Source: Nostoc punctiforme PCC 73102 (GTDB taxonomy: Bacteria > Cyanobacteriota > Cyanobacteriia > Cyanobacteriales > Nostocaceae). Taken from it: DNA of 32,000 nucleotides. Below are positions 31,807 through 32,000 of this stretch, one piece after another. The notes below the pieces were generated by a model. The model did no database searches and had not been told where the DNA came from. It saw only the letters and a list, made by a program, of their open reading frames with translations. The stretch covers positions 7,260,001 to 7,292,000 of the forward strand of contig NC_010628.1 in NCBI RefSeq assembly GCF_000020025.1, given 5' to 3'. The first letter of the stretch is position 1; each line of letters begins with the position of its first letter. A program made the translations under genes and the position numbers.

Positions 31807-32000
31807 TTAAAGAGGACGCAACATAGCCATAAACACCCATTCTCCCTGATGTTTCTCTGCCATAATCAAATGCTCGGCTTGAATTTCTAGACCATCTTTG
31901 GTGATTCCGACTAGATGCAGTGGGTGATTGAGAATAGTAGAATTTTCTGTTGAAAGAAAGCGGGAAAAACCAAGATGGTGCGGGGCATGAAAACCTTCTG
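31807..32000 (-). CDS. Hypothetical protein (C-terminal 63 codons only; the gene runs off the right edge)
   Basis: My own minus-strand translation reads ...EGFHAPHHLGFSRFLSTENSTILNHPLHLVGITKDGLEIQAEHLIMAEKHQGEWVFMAMLRPL*, with the stop at 31809-31807. The composition looks coding. No family was recognised. Confidence 0.45.
   Translation of the reverse strand, partial: EGFHAPHHLGFSRFLSTENSTILNHPLHLVGITKDGLEIQAEHLIMAEKHQGEWVFMAMLRPL

Overview
This window looks like chromosomal DNA from a filamentous, Nostocales-like cyanobacterium. The HIP1 octamer GCGATCGC occurs more than 20 times by eye, heptameric STRR-like repeats and G/C-rich hairpin repeats fill the intergenic regions, and there is an SLH-OprB porin. 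No rRNA, tRNA, CRISPR array or transposase was recognised.

Gene content, left to right:
- a partial FAD flavoprotein (-)
- a GT2 polyprenyl-phosphate-type glycosyltransferase and a TVP38/DedA membrane protein (-)
- an SLH/OprB porin (-)
- ssuD-ssuC-ssuB sulfonate utilisation genes (+), with no ssuA or ssuE
- two tandem paralogous D-2-hydroxyacid dehydrogenases (+)
- an NDH-2 (+)
- a four-gene secretion locus (+): a PPC-repeat protein, a parvulin-like protein, a cNMP/C39-like ABC exporter and a HlyD adaptor
- a GH29 alpha-L-fucosidase (-)
- two translationally coupled AAA-like (STAND/ORC-like) NTPases (+)
- a REC-PAS protein (-)
- a 1575-aa multi-PAS/GAF hybrid histidine kinase (-)
- a partial unknown CDS (-)

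Best candidates for something undescribed:
1. The secretion locus (13.9-20.5 kb). The exporter's C39-like domain lacks both catalytic residues. The companion parvulin lacks both signature histidines. The adjacent Cys-free acidic protein carries EF-hand-like loops and looks like dedicated cargo.
2. The HTH-AAA-like plus AAA-like-TM gene pair (22.3-25.3 kb). It has no recognisable effector.
3. Two helically phased 21-bp tandem arrays. One splits the ABC and HlyD genes. The other sits inside a roughly 520-bp nested inverted-repeat structure.
4. A hairpin-forming dispersed repeat inserted in frame in the ATPase domain of the hybrid kinase.

All functional calls rest on motif recognition by eye. 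No database search was run.
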